A DNA stretch of 64,000 nucleotides, taken from NCBI GenBank assembly GCA_905234705.1, contig CAJOIB010000010.1, forward strand, positions 6,616 to 70,615. Reading direction: 5' to 3'. How positions within the stretch are numbered: position 1 is the first letter of the stretch; each line of letters starts with the position of its first letter. Below the pieces are notes generated by a model, which searched no databases, was not told the origin of the DNA, and saw only the letters and a list, made by a program, of their open reading frames with translations. This document shows positions 23,665 through 31,798 of this stretch, piece by piece. Source of the DNA: an uncultured Selenomonadaceae bacterium. Lineage in GTDB: Bacteria > Bacillota > Negativicutes > Selenomonadales > Selenomonadaceae. Both the position numbers and the translations under genes were made by a program.

Positions 23665-25011
23665 ATGCTCAATTTAATTTCCGGAAATGAAAATATTCTT
23701 GCGCTGATGTACGCTATGTCGAGCGATTTGGATTTGAAAGATAATTCCGCGCGTTTGGAAAATCTTCGCGCAGTGGTGGAAAATTCGGCGGAAGTCAAGC
23801 CGTCGGTTTTCAATTATCACGTCGAGGCGGCGGAAAAAATTTTGATTTACAATACGCTTTACAATTCAATGACTTGGTTAACGAAAGAGGAATTTGCTCA
23901 ACTTGGCGGCGAAATTTTTGATGACGAATTGCGGCGGAATTTTCTTGAGAGCGGAATTTGCGTGGCGGCGAATGTTGACGAGCGGGCGAATTATCATAAG
24001 TGGCGGATTCTTTTTCAAAAAAAGTCCGAGCATTTGTCGGTGAATATTACCACGACGCTGAAATGCAACGCGCGCTGTCCCTATTGCTACGAGCACGGCG
24101 TCAAGCACATTGACTTTGATGACACTAAGATTGACGCGCTGATAGATTTTATTAAGCGGCACAAAAAAAATTCGCCGGTTAAACTGAATTGGTTTGGCGG
24201 CGAACCTTTTATGAATCCGAAAATTATTGACACCGTGACGCGGCGGCTCGGCGAAATCGGCTTTCCATTTTTCTGCTACGCCATTACCAACGGAAATTTA
24301 TTGACGCGGCAAATGATTAATACCAAATTCAAGCAATGGCATATTCGCGGCGTTCAGATAACTTTGGACGGCACGGCGGAACAATACGCGGCGCGCAAAA
24401 ATTATACCGGCAATCAGCGCGATGTTTTCAAAAAAATTTTAAATCGTATTCAATGGCTCGCTGAAGCAAATATTCACGTTGACGTGCGGCTGAATATCGA
24501 CCGCCAAAATCTGTGCGATATGCTCAATCTTATTTACATTTTGCAGGCGCGTTTTGACGGCGAAAAAAATATTTGTTATTATCCGGCGTTTGTTACGGGC
24601 TTGCAGGATAAATTGACTGAAACTGAGAAATTAGATTTTGTCAAGGAAATGTTTAACGCGGTTGCCAATTCCGCCAAACTCAGCATTACAAATCGGCTGT
24701 ATTCTTTCCCGCGCAGTATTCCGTGTATGCGCAATGATCCGCAGTCATTTTCTGTTGATGTTTACGGGCGGATTTATAATTGTGAGCATTTGGTCGGGCG
24801 CGCTGAAAAATCGTTAGGAACTTTAAAACGTTTGCCGACAAAAATTAATGACGCGCGGCTTGAAGAAAATCTGCGCGAGGAATGCGGAAGTTGCGTATTT
24901 CTGCCGAAATGTATGGGCGGCTGTGCGTCGAATTTGGAAACCGGCGATAGCGCGTGCCTGATTGAAAAATATTTAATTAAAGCATATATGCAGTATATGT
25001 GCGAACGCTAG
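23665..25011 (+). CDS. Radical SAM enzyme with C-terminal SPASM domain (peptide/protein maturase type)
   Basis: The CxxxCxxC motif is CNARCPYC (nt 24064-24087). The SPASM motifs are CMRNDPQSFSVDVYGRIYNC (Cx13Gx4C) and CGSCVFLPKCMGGC (Cx2Cx5Cx3C). The N-terminal ~110 aa resemble the RRE/PqqD-like leader-binding region of such maturases (ILIYNTLYNSMTWLTKEEFAQL...LESGICV). Confidence 0.85.
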   Translation: MLNLISGNENILALMYAMSSDLDLKDNSARLENLRAVVENSAEVKPSVFNYHVEAAEKILIYNTLYNSMTWLTKEEFAQLGGEIFDDELRRNFLESGICVAANVDERANYHKWRILFQKKSEHLSVNITTTLKCNARCPYCYEHGVKHIDFDDTKIDALIDFIKRHKKNSPVKLNWFGGEPFMNPKIIDTVTRRLGEIGFPFFCYAITNGNLLTRQMINTKFKQWHIRGVQITLDGTAEQYAARKNYTGNQRDVFKKILNRIQWLAEANIHVDVRLNIDRQNLCDMLNLIYILQARFDGEKNICYYPAFVTGLQDKLTETEKLDFVKEMFNAVANSAKLSITNRLYSFPRSIPCMRNDPQSFSVDVYGRIYNCEHLVGRAEKSLGTLKRLPTKINDARLEENLREECGSCVFLPKCMGGCASNLETGDSACLIEKYLIKAYMQYMCER

Positions 25012-25020
25012 GAGGTAAAA

Positions 25021-25383
25021 ATGGACGACATTGCAAAAATTTTGGAACAGCAGGAAGAAATTTTACGCTCAATACACCGGCTGGAGGAAGAAGTTAGCCT
25101 AATCAAATTTTTACACCACAGTCAGTACGACGAAACAAATGCGCGGCTTGAAATGTTCGAGCGGTCATTGCGGCAAATCGACGAACAACTTGCACTTTCA
25201 AATATGAGCCAAGAATCGCGCGACGACAAAATAAAAAAATTGCTTAGTGAATTTCAGCGTGCGAATCAATCGCGGCGGCTGAATATGATTGAAGAATTGC
25301 TCCGGTTAATCGCCGCCAATCAGATAATGGATTCGCTCGAACCGCCGAAAAAACCGCGGGGCAATAAATCGCAGAAAAAATAA
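25021..25383 (+). CDS. Small coiled-coil protein, hypothetical
   Basis: 120 aa, predicted helical and charged (ILEQQEEILRSIHRLEEEVSLIKF...), with a basic tail (PPKKPRGNKSQKK). An AGGAGG RBS lies upstream. Confidence 0.55.
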   Translation: MDDIAKILEQQEEILRSIHRLEEEVSLIKFLHHSQYDETNARLEMFERSLRQIDEQLALSNMSQESRDDKIKKLLSEFQRANQSRRLNMIEELLRLIAANQIMDSLEPPKKPRGNKSQKK

Positions 25384-25400
25384 TCTTGGGAGGAATTTTA

Positions 25401-26795
25401 ATGAGCATACTAGCTTCGGTCGTAGTACCGCACCCGCCTATCATTTTGCCGGAAATTGGCAAGGGCGAAGAATCCAAAATCGCCGCAACTACCGCCGCTT
25501 ATAAAGAAATTTCAAAGCGCGTGGTCGAACTTGCGCCCGATACGATTGTTATCACCAGCCCGCACTCGATTATGTACGCGGATTATTTTCACATTTCGCC
25601 TGGCGAATCGGCTAGCGGGAATATGGCGAGATTTCGCGCGCCCGAAGTCGATTTGACTATTAACTATGACGTTGAATTTGTTGACAAATTGAGCGCGGCG
25701 GCTATGGCTGAAAATATTCCCGCCGGTAAAATTGGCGAGCGCGAAAAAAGTTTAGACCACGGCACGATGATTCCGCTTTATTTTTTGGAAAAAGCAGGTT
25801 TAGATTTTGACGCGGTTAAATTTTTGCGCATAGGGCTTTCTGGTTTGCCCGCGGCGGCGCATTATCATTTTGGGCAGGTTATTTCAAAGGTTGCGGACGA
25901 ATTGAACAGGCGCGTTGTATTCGTGGCGAGCGGTGACCTTTCGCACAAACTCAAAGCGGATGGTCCTTACGGTTTTGTTGAAGAAGGTCCGAAATTCGAC
26001 GCCGAGGTTATGGAAAATTTATCCGACGAAGATTTTTTGAAATTGTTGACGATGGATAATACGATGTGCAATCGCGCGGCTGAATGCGGCTTGAGGAGTT
26101 TTTGGATAATGGCGGGCGCGCTCGATAAAAAATCCGTTCAAGCTGAAAAATTGTCCTATGAAGGACCTTTCGGCGTTGGCTACGGCGTTGTTTGGTTTAA
26201 CATTAACGGCGTTGACAGTTCGCGGAATTTTGCCGCCAAGCTTGAAAATTTTAAGCATGAAGAATATTTAAAGCGCATTGAAACTGAAGACGAATACGTG
26301 AAACTGGCGCGCTACAGCCTTGAAACTTACATTAAGACGCACAAGGCGGCGGAAATGCCCAAAGATTTGCCTGCTGAAATGTTGAATCGGCGTTCGGGAA
26401 CTTTCGTCAGTCTTCATAAAGACGGGAATTTGCGCGGCTGTATCGGAACATTTTTGCCGACAACTGAATCTATCGCGCAGGAGATTTTGCAAAACGCCAT
26501 TTCTGCCTGTTCGAGAGACCCGCGCTTTTCGCCGGTCGAAGAATCCGAAATTGAAGACCTTGACATCAGCGTTGACGTTTTGTCTGAACCGGAGCGAATT
26601 TTTGACGTCAAAGATTTGGACGCAAAAAAATACGGCGTTATCGTCGAGAACAACGGACGCCGCGGTTTATTGTTGCCGGATTTGGAAGGCGTTAATACCG
26701 TGCAAGAGCAACTCGCCATCGCTATGAAAAAAGGCGGTATCCCCGCCAATGAAAAAGTTAACGTGTGGCGTTTCCAAGTAATTCGCCATCATTAA
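25401..26795 (+). CDS. Fusion of class III extradiol dioxygenase-like (LigB/Memo superfamily) domain and AMMECR1 domain
   Basis: N-terminal domain: VVPHPPIILPE...ITSPHS...SLDHGTMIPLYFL...VASGDLSHKL. C-terminal AMMECR1 domain: SGTFVSLHKDGNLRGCIGTF...ACSRDPRFSPV...YGVIVENNGRRGLLLPDLEGV. Start set at the ATG at 25401 after a GGGAGGA RBS. Confidence 0.8.
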   Translation: MSILASVVVPHPPIILPEIGKGEESKIAATTAAYKEISKRVVELAPDTIVITSPHSIMYADYFHISPGESASGNMARFRAPEVDLTINYDVEFVDKLSAAAMAENIPAGKIGEREKSLDHGTMIPLYFLEKAGLDFDAVKFLRIGLSGLPAAAHYHFGQVISKVADELNRRVVFVASGDLSHKLKADGPYGFVEEGPKFDAEVMENLSDEDFLKLLTMDNTMCNRAAECGLRSFWIMAGALDKKSVQAEKLSYEGPFGVGYGVVWFNINGVDSSRNFAAKLENFKHEEYLKRIETEDEYVKLARYSLETYIKTHKAAEMPKDLPAEMLNRRSGTFVSLHKDGNLRGCIGTFLPTTESIAQEILQNAISACSRDPRFSPVEESEIEDLDISVDVLSEPERIFDVKDLDAKKYGVIVENNGRRGLLLPDLEGVNTVQEQLAIAMKKGGIPANEKVNVWRFQVIRHH

Positions 26796-27232
26796 ATCGC
26801 CGCATCTTCGTAATTTTCTTCATCGTCATAAGATGGAGTATTTAAATTGTCCCAAAAAATTCTGTAGTTCATACTGGATTTGACTTGCCCGCGCGCCGGA
26901 CAATCCGCGTCTTTGTGCGTGAAAATGTGATGAACTTCCTGCCCCGACGGAACAATTAATTCTTTCGGATAAAAATGAACATTTCGCGCAGACCAAATCC
27001 AAAAGTCGTTGTTGTTCACTGCGCGAATGTTTTCCAGTAAAAAGTGCGTGATTCTGGCATCCTGGTCGCCGGAATTTATGAAGTGCCCGTATAAAACCGC
27101 TTGCCCTTCATTCAAAATGAGTTTATCGGCTTGAAATTTCAAATTCGCTCCGGCGCTCGCAACGCCATTTGCAAAAATAAAAATCGCAACAGCCATAATC
27201 GCCGCAACAAAAAAATTTTTCAAGATAATCAC
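26792..27232 (-). CDS. Hypothetical exported protein
   Basis: 146 aa with an N-terminal signal/anchor (FFVAAIMAVAIFIFANGVASA). No family recognised. Its stop overlaps the stop of the convergent AMMECR1 gene (TTAA). Confidence 0.5.
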   Translation of the reverse strand: MIILKNFFVAAIMAVAIFIFANGVASAGANLKFQADKLILNEGQAVLYGHFINSGDQDARITHFLLENIRAVNNNDFWIWSARNVHFYPKELIVPSGQEVHHIFTHKDADCPARGQVKSSMNYRIFWDNLNTPSYDDEENYEDAAI

Positions 27233-27237
27233 GCCCC

Positions 27238-27702
27238 TTAAAAAATTTCTTGCGCCCGCTGTTCAAATCGTGTAACAATTTCCGTGTGAAGTGATTCGTT
27301 GAGCTCCATTAACGCCAGCCAAAAATCACTCCGGCGCGGAAATTCTTTTTTTGGCAACATCGTTTCGACAAAATCTAATGCGTCGTCGCCGAAGCAAATT
27401 TTTCGCACAATCGCCGTTACCGCCACGCCAAAAGTTATTATCGACGGTATCACCCACGGCAGGGCGTTCGCCACAATCGGAATTAATTTTTTCAGCGCAA
27501 GGTATATCGCCGACGCCAGCACGCCGATTAATACGCAAACCGTTTTGAAAAAAACCATAACCGCGCCAATGAATACGCCCGCCAATACTGCCAGCGCTTG
27601 AAAAATCAGCCGCAAAAATCCCAGCCCGCAAATCAGCAAAATCGCCGCCGCTATCACAATTCCAACCATAACTAACGCCCCTCTCGATTTAAAGCGTGTC
27701 AA
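27238..27702 (-). CDS. Hypothetical integral membrane protein
   Basis: 154 aa with about four hydrophobic helices and a soluble C-terminal tail. Located downstream of upp. Confidence 0.5.
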   Translation of the reverse strand: MTRFKSRGALVMVGIVIAAAILLICGLGFLRLIFQALAVLAGVFIGAVMVFFKTVCVLIGVLASAIYLALKKLIPIVANALPWVIPSIITFGVAVTAIVRKICFGDDALDFVETMLPKKEFPRRSDFWLALMELNESLHTEIVTRFEQRAQEIF

Positions 27703-28306
27703 AAATCCTGTCGCCCGCGTCGCCCAAGCCAGGCACGATATAGCAATTCTCGTTCAAATGGTCGTCAATCGCCGCCGTGTAAATCGGAATGTCCGGATGT
27801 TCCCGCGTGATAAAATTAATGCCTTCGGGCGCAGAAATTATGCAGATAAAAGTAATATCCTCAGCGCCGCTGTCTTTGAGCATTTGAAGAGCCGCCGCTG
27901 AACTGCCGCCCGTCGCCAGCATCGGGTCAACAACCAAAACTTTTTTACCGGCGAGATTTGGAAGTTTTTTATAATATTCGATTGGCTTATGAGTAGTTTC
28001 GTCACGAACTAAGCCGATATGCCCAACCGCCGCGTCAGGCAGAATTTTTAACGCGCCGCTAACCATTGCCAGCCCTGCGCGAAGTATCGGCACAATTATA
28101 AAATCATCAGCCAAAATCTTAGCCTTGCAACGAGTCAAAGGCGTTTCAATTTCAATCTCGCGCAGTGCAAAATCCCGCGCAACTTCATAAGTAAGAAATG
28201 CGGCGATTTCTTCAACGGCAGCGCGAAAATCTTTTGAAGGCGTGTCTTTGCGTCGAATCAGCGCCAATTTGTTTTGGATAATCGGGTGTTTAATTTCGTT
28301 AATCAT
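27689..28306 (-). CDS. upp: Uracil phosphoribosyltransferase
   Basis: MINEIKHPIIQNKLALIRRKDT...VPILRAGLAM...VVDPMLATGGS...YIVPGLGDAGDRIF. Start set at the internal ATG at 28306. Confidence 0.9.
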   Translation of the reverse strand: MINEIKHPIIQNKLALIRRKDTPSKDFRAAVEEIAAFLTYEVARDFALREIEIETPLTRCKAKILADDFIIVPILRAGLAMVSGALKILPDAAVGHIGLVRDETTHKPIEYYKKLPNLAGKKVLVVDPMLATGGSSAAALQMLKDSGAEDITFICIISAPEGINFITREHPDIPIYTAAIDDHLNENCYIVPGLGDAGDRIFDTL

Positions 28307-29075
28307 CGGCGTAAACTTCCTTAGCCATACCGAACGCCGCCCAAGCTTTTGGCCAGCCGGTATAAAATGCAAGTTGCGTTATAATTTCAACCATTTCAGC
28401 CTTAGTCACGTCGTGCTCTTTCGCAAGCGAAATGTGATTTTTCAAAGCGCCCGTGAAAATTCCCGCGCCAATTAACGCCGAAACCGTAACAATGCTCCGA
28501 TCGTGCAGGGATAAAATATTATTGCGCGTCCAAACTTCGCCGAAAAGAATCTCATCATTATAACGCGCAAAATCCGGTGCAAAATCGCCGAGTCTGTCTT
28601 TACCGGCGGTTTGAGGCTGATAAACGCCTTCACTTTCCGGTTCAACATAAGCGTCGCCGCCGTAAACTTCCTTAGCCATAGGAAATACCGCCCAAGCCTT
28701 AGGCCAGCCCGCATAAAAGCCCAGTTGCGTGATAATTTCAACCATCTCTGCGCGAGTGACGCCGTTTTTCTTAGCGCTCTCAATGTGATATTTCAGCGAA
28801 CTGTCCAAAATGCCACTGCCCACAAGCGCAGAAACCGTAACAATGCTCCGGTCGTGCAAAGACAAAATATCATTGCGCGACCACACTTCGCCAAAAAGTA
28901 TATCGTCATTGTAGCGCGCAAATTCCGGCGCAAATTCGCCCAAAACATTTCTGCCCGCCGTCTGCACAACTTTCACAGGTTTTTTCTCCATAGCCGCCGC
29001 CTCCGTCGATACTAAATTTGTTGCCAATAAAAGCCCTGCTGTTAATCCCGCAATTAATTTTTTCACCCGCACCAC
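28299..29075 (-). CDS. Exported protein with two tandem carboxymuconolactone decarboxylase (CMD/AhpD-like) domains
   Basis: Signal peptide MVRVKKLIAGLTAGLLLATNLVSTEAAA. Two ~95-aa repeats follow, each containing FAPEFARYNDDILFGEVWSRNDILSLHDRSIVTVSAL...TRAEMVEIITQL.FY.GWPKAW. The repeat is also visible at the DNA level. Confidence 0.7.
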   Translation of the reverse strand: MVRVKKLIAGLTAGLLLATNLVSTEAAAMEKKPVKVVQTAGRNVLGEFAPEFARYNDDILFGEVWSRNDILSLHDRSIVTVSALVGSGILDSSLKYHIESAKKNGVTRAEMVEIITQLGFYAGWPKAWAVFPMAKEVYGGDAYVEPESEGVYQPQTAGKDRLGDFAPDFARYNDEILFGEVWTRNNILSLHDRSIVTVSALIGAGIFTGALKNHISLAKEHDVTKAEMVEIITQLAFYTGWPKAWAAFGMAKEVYADD

Positions 29076-29076
29076 C

Positions 29077-29910
29077 TCAAATTTCAGTCAAAAATTCTTC
29101 AAACGGCAAACCGTAATTCCACGGCAAATTTAAATTTTCAGCGTGTTCAATGCATTTTGTTACAAAATCCGCCGCTTTACGTACAGCCGCCGTCAAATTT
29201 TCGCCATTTAGCAAATCCGCCGCCACTATCGCAAAAAATACATCACCCGTACCGGAACGGTCGCTGCCCAATCTGCGCGAAGTCACAAAGTCAATCCTGC
29301 CGCTGTCATAAATAAAATTGATAATGTTCGAGCCGTCGTCAAATTCAAGCGTCACGCCAGTTATAACAACTTTGCCGCCGCGCGTTTTCGCTGCAATATT
29401 CGTCGCCATCATCGCCAAATCCGAATCTGAAACTACGCCATTGTTCGGGTATGGAATATTCAAAAGTTCGCAGGCTTCAGTCAAATTCGGCGTGACTAAA
29501 TCGGCAAATTTTAAAAGGTCGCGCATTTTCACGCACATTTCCCGCGTATACGACGCATAAATTTTCCCGTGATCGCCCATTACCGGATCTATAAAAACCT
29601 GCGCGCTAAATTCTTTCAAAAAATCGCTGACAATTTCAATCTGCGCCGCCGAGCCTAAAAATCCCGTAGCAATTCCGTCGAACTCCAAATTATTCAGCCG
29701 CCAGCTTTTTATGTAAGCGCTCATTCGGTCAGTATAATCGTCCATAAAATAATTTTGGAAACCGGTATGAACTGACAAAATCGCCGTCGGCAAAGGGCAA
29801 ACTTGGATTTTCAGCGCAGAAATTATCGGCAATTCCACCGCGATTGAGCAACGCCCAAATCCCGTCATATCGTTAATAAGCGCCAATTTTTTTTGCTTCA
29901 ATGTTATCAC
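29077..29910 (-). CDS. pdxK: Pyridoxal/pyridoxamine kinase (ribokinase-like fold)
   Basis: LALINDMTGFGRCSIAVELPIISALKIQVCPLPTAILS...DPVMGDHGKIY...GTGDVF. I chose the GTG at 29910, just after the queF stop. The track ORF extends to 29997. Confidence 0.75.
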   Translation of the reverse strand: MITLKQKKLALINDMTGFGRCSIAVELPIISALKIQVCPLPTAILSVHTGFQNYFMDDYTDRMSAYIKSWRLNNLEFDGIATGFLGSAAQIEIVSDFLKEFSAQVFIDPVMGDHGKIYASYTREMCVKMRDLLKFADLVTPNLTEACELLNIPYPNNGVVSDSDLAMMATNIAAKTRGGKVVITGVTLEFDDGSNIINFIYDSGRIDFVTSRRLGSDRSGTGDVFFAIVAADLLNGENLTAAVRKAADFVTKCIEHAENLNLPWNYGLPFEEFLTEI

Positions 29911-29917
29911 CAGATTT

Positions 29918-30352
29918 TTATTCGCGCTGAGCCATTCGATTTTTAGCAAGAGCCTCAAATTCGCCGCGCCCAAAATTGACAAAAGGCTCAATCGCAATTC
30001 CGCCGCGCACGCTGAAAATACCTTCTACTTCCAGATAGCGCGGATTCAACAATTTAATCAAATCGTCGGCAATTCGATTAACAACGTCCTCGTGGAAAAT
30101 ACCAACGCCGCGAAAACTCGTCAAGTAAAGTTTCAAACTCTTGCTCTCAACAAGTTTTTCGTCGGGAATGTAACGGATTTTAATCGTGGCAAAATCGGGC
30201 TGGTGCGTCACCGGACAAACGCAGGTAAATTCATTGCTAGTCAATTTCACGAAATAATTCCTGTCGCTGTTGCGGTTCGGTATCGCCTCTAAAAATTCCG
30301 GCGCGTATTCAAAATTATAATCGATTTGTTTGCCTAAATTTTTCAGTTCCAT
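29918..30352 (-). CDS. queF: NADPH-dependent 7-cyano-7-deazaguanine reductase (type I QueF)
   Basis: [41 protein letters not shown]...FHED, which is the QueF signature. Confidence 0.9.
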   Translation of the reverse strand: MELKNLGKQIDYNFEYAPEFLEAIPNRNSDRNYFVKLTSNEFTCVCPVTHQPDFATIKIRYIPDEKLVESKSLKLYLTSFRGVGIFHEDVVNRIADDLIKLLNPRYLEVEGIFSVRGGIAIEPFVNFGRGEFEALAKNRMAQRE

Positions 30353-31347
30353 TTGACTGCTCCCTTGAAATTCAGATTTGGGACGGCGTTTAAATCGTAC
30401 TGCGCGAAATCATTTTTCAGCGATTGATAATAACCGCGACAAGCGATCATAGCAGCGTTGTCAGTGCAGAGAATTTTGCTCGGATAGAAAAATTTCAAGC
30501 CGCGTTTTTCGCACGCCTCGCGCAGATTTTTTTCCAATTCAGAATTAGCCGCCACGCCGCCCGCCAGTACAATTTTTTTCATACCAAGATTTTTAGCCGC
30601 GTCAAGAGTTTTTTCAATCAGCGAATCGACCACAGCTTTTTGGAAACTCGCCGCCACGTCAGCATTATTCACCGGTTCGCCCTTCATATTCGCCGAATTT
30701 AAATAATTCAAAACCGCAGACTTCAAGCCGCTAAAACTAAAATCAAATTCATCAACTTTCGGATGCGGAAAATCAATCGCGTTCGGGTTACCCAATTTCG
30801 CGAGTTTATCAATTTGAGGACCGCCAGGGTACGGCAAATCCATTACCCGCGCAATTTTATCGAACGCTTCACCCGCCGCATCGTCGCGCGTTTGTCCGAG
30901 CAATTTAAAATCGTTGTAGTCAATCATTTTAGAAACTACCAGCGCTAAAAATGGCGGCTCTAATTCCGGCTCACTCAAGAAATTTGCGAATATGTGTCCT
31001 TCCAAATGATTCACTGCGATTAGCGGCACTTTCAACGCGAAGGCTAAAGTTTTTGCCGCCGATACGCCCACCAATAACGCGCCGACTAAACCAGGTCCGT
31101 ACGTCACGGCGATTTGATTTATTTGTGAAAGTTCGACGCCCGCTTTTCTGATTGATTCGTCGATAACCGGCATTATGTTTAAAATGTGTTTGCGCGAAGC
31201 TATTTCCGGTACGACGCCGCCGAATTTTTGATGTAGCGGGATTTGCGTTGATATGACGTTCGACAAAATTTCTCGCCCGTCGCGCAGGACTGCCGCCGCC
31301 GTTTCGTCGCAACTGGTTTCTATTCCAAGTGTCAATAATTTTTCCAT
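30343..31347 (-). CDS. tsaD: tRNA N6-adenosine threonylcarbamoyltransferase TsaD (atypical: SGGHT motif absent)
   Basis: [14 protein letters not shown]..., metal ligands NHLEGHI, then [25 protein letters not shown] and LAGGVAANS. See the separate finding on the missing motif. Confidence 0.85.
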   Translation of the reverse strand: MEKLLTLGIETSCDETAAAVLRDGREILSNVISTQIPLHQKFGGVVPEIASRKHILNIMPVIDESIRKAGVELSQINQIAVTYGPGLVGALLVGVSAAKTLAFALKVPLIAVNHLEGHIFANFLSEPELEPPFLALVVSKMIDYNDFKLLGQTRDDAAGEAFDKIARVMDLPYPGGPQIDKLAKLGNPNAIDFPHPKVDEFDFSFSGLKSAVLNYLNSANMKGEPVNNADVAASFQKAVVDSLIEKTLDAAKNLGMKKIVLAGGVAANSELEKNLREACEKRGLKFFYPSKILCTDNAAMIACRGYYQSLKNDFAQYDLNAVPNLNFKGAVKWN

Positions 31348-31351
31348 AACT

Positions 31352-31798
31352 TCACTCCAAATGAGTATTCCACATGATTAAAGCGTCTTCGCCGTTGTCA
31401 ACGTAATAGCCTTTGCGCCGACCAACGCTTTTCAGCCCAAAACTTTCGTACAATTTAATCGCCGCCGTATTTGAAGGGCGAACTTCCAAAGTTATCGCCG
31501 TAGCGCCGCGCTCTTTACAAATCTTAATCAGTTCGGCAAAAAGTTTCGTGCCAATCCCGCGCCCGCGAAAATTTTCCTCAACAGCCACGCTCATAACTTC
31601 CGCCTCATTGAAACTGAGCCACGCGCCCGCATATGCAATGACTTTCCCGTCAAGCTCGCCGACAATGTAAACTGTATTTTCGCGCTGTACCACTTCATAA
31701 AAAGTATCGCGCTTCCAGGGCATAGCAAAAGATTTTATTTCAATCTCCGAAACAACGTCGGCATCGGCGGGCATCATTTTTCGGAAAATCAACATTTT
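31352..31798 (-). CDS. rimI: Ribosomal-protein-alanine N-acetyltransferase (RimI-like GNAT)
   Basis: [23 protein letters not shown]...[17 protein letters not shown].... It sits in a tsaE-tsaB-rimI-tsaD arrangement. The track ORF start is 31819. Confidence 0.7.
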   Translation of the reverse strand, partial: KMLIFRKMMPADADVVSEIEIKSFAMPWKRDTFYEVVQRENTVYIVGELDGKVIAYAGAWLSFNEAEVMSVAVEENFRGRGIGTKLFAELIKICKERGATAITLEVRPSNTAAIKLYESFGLKSVGRRKGYYVDNGEDALIMWNTHLE

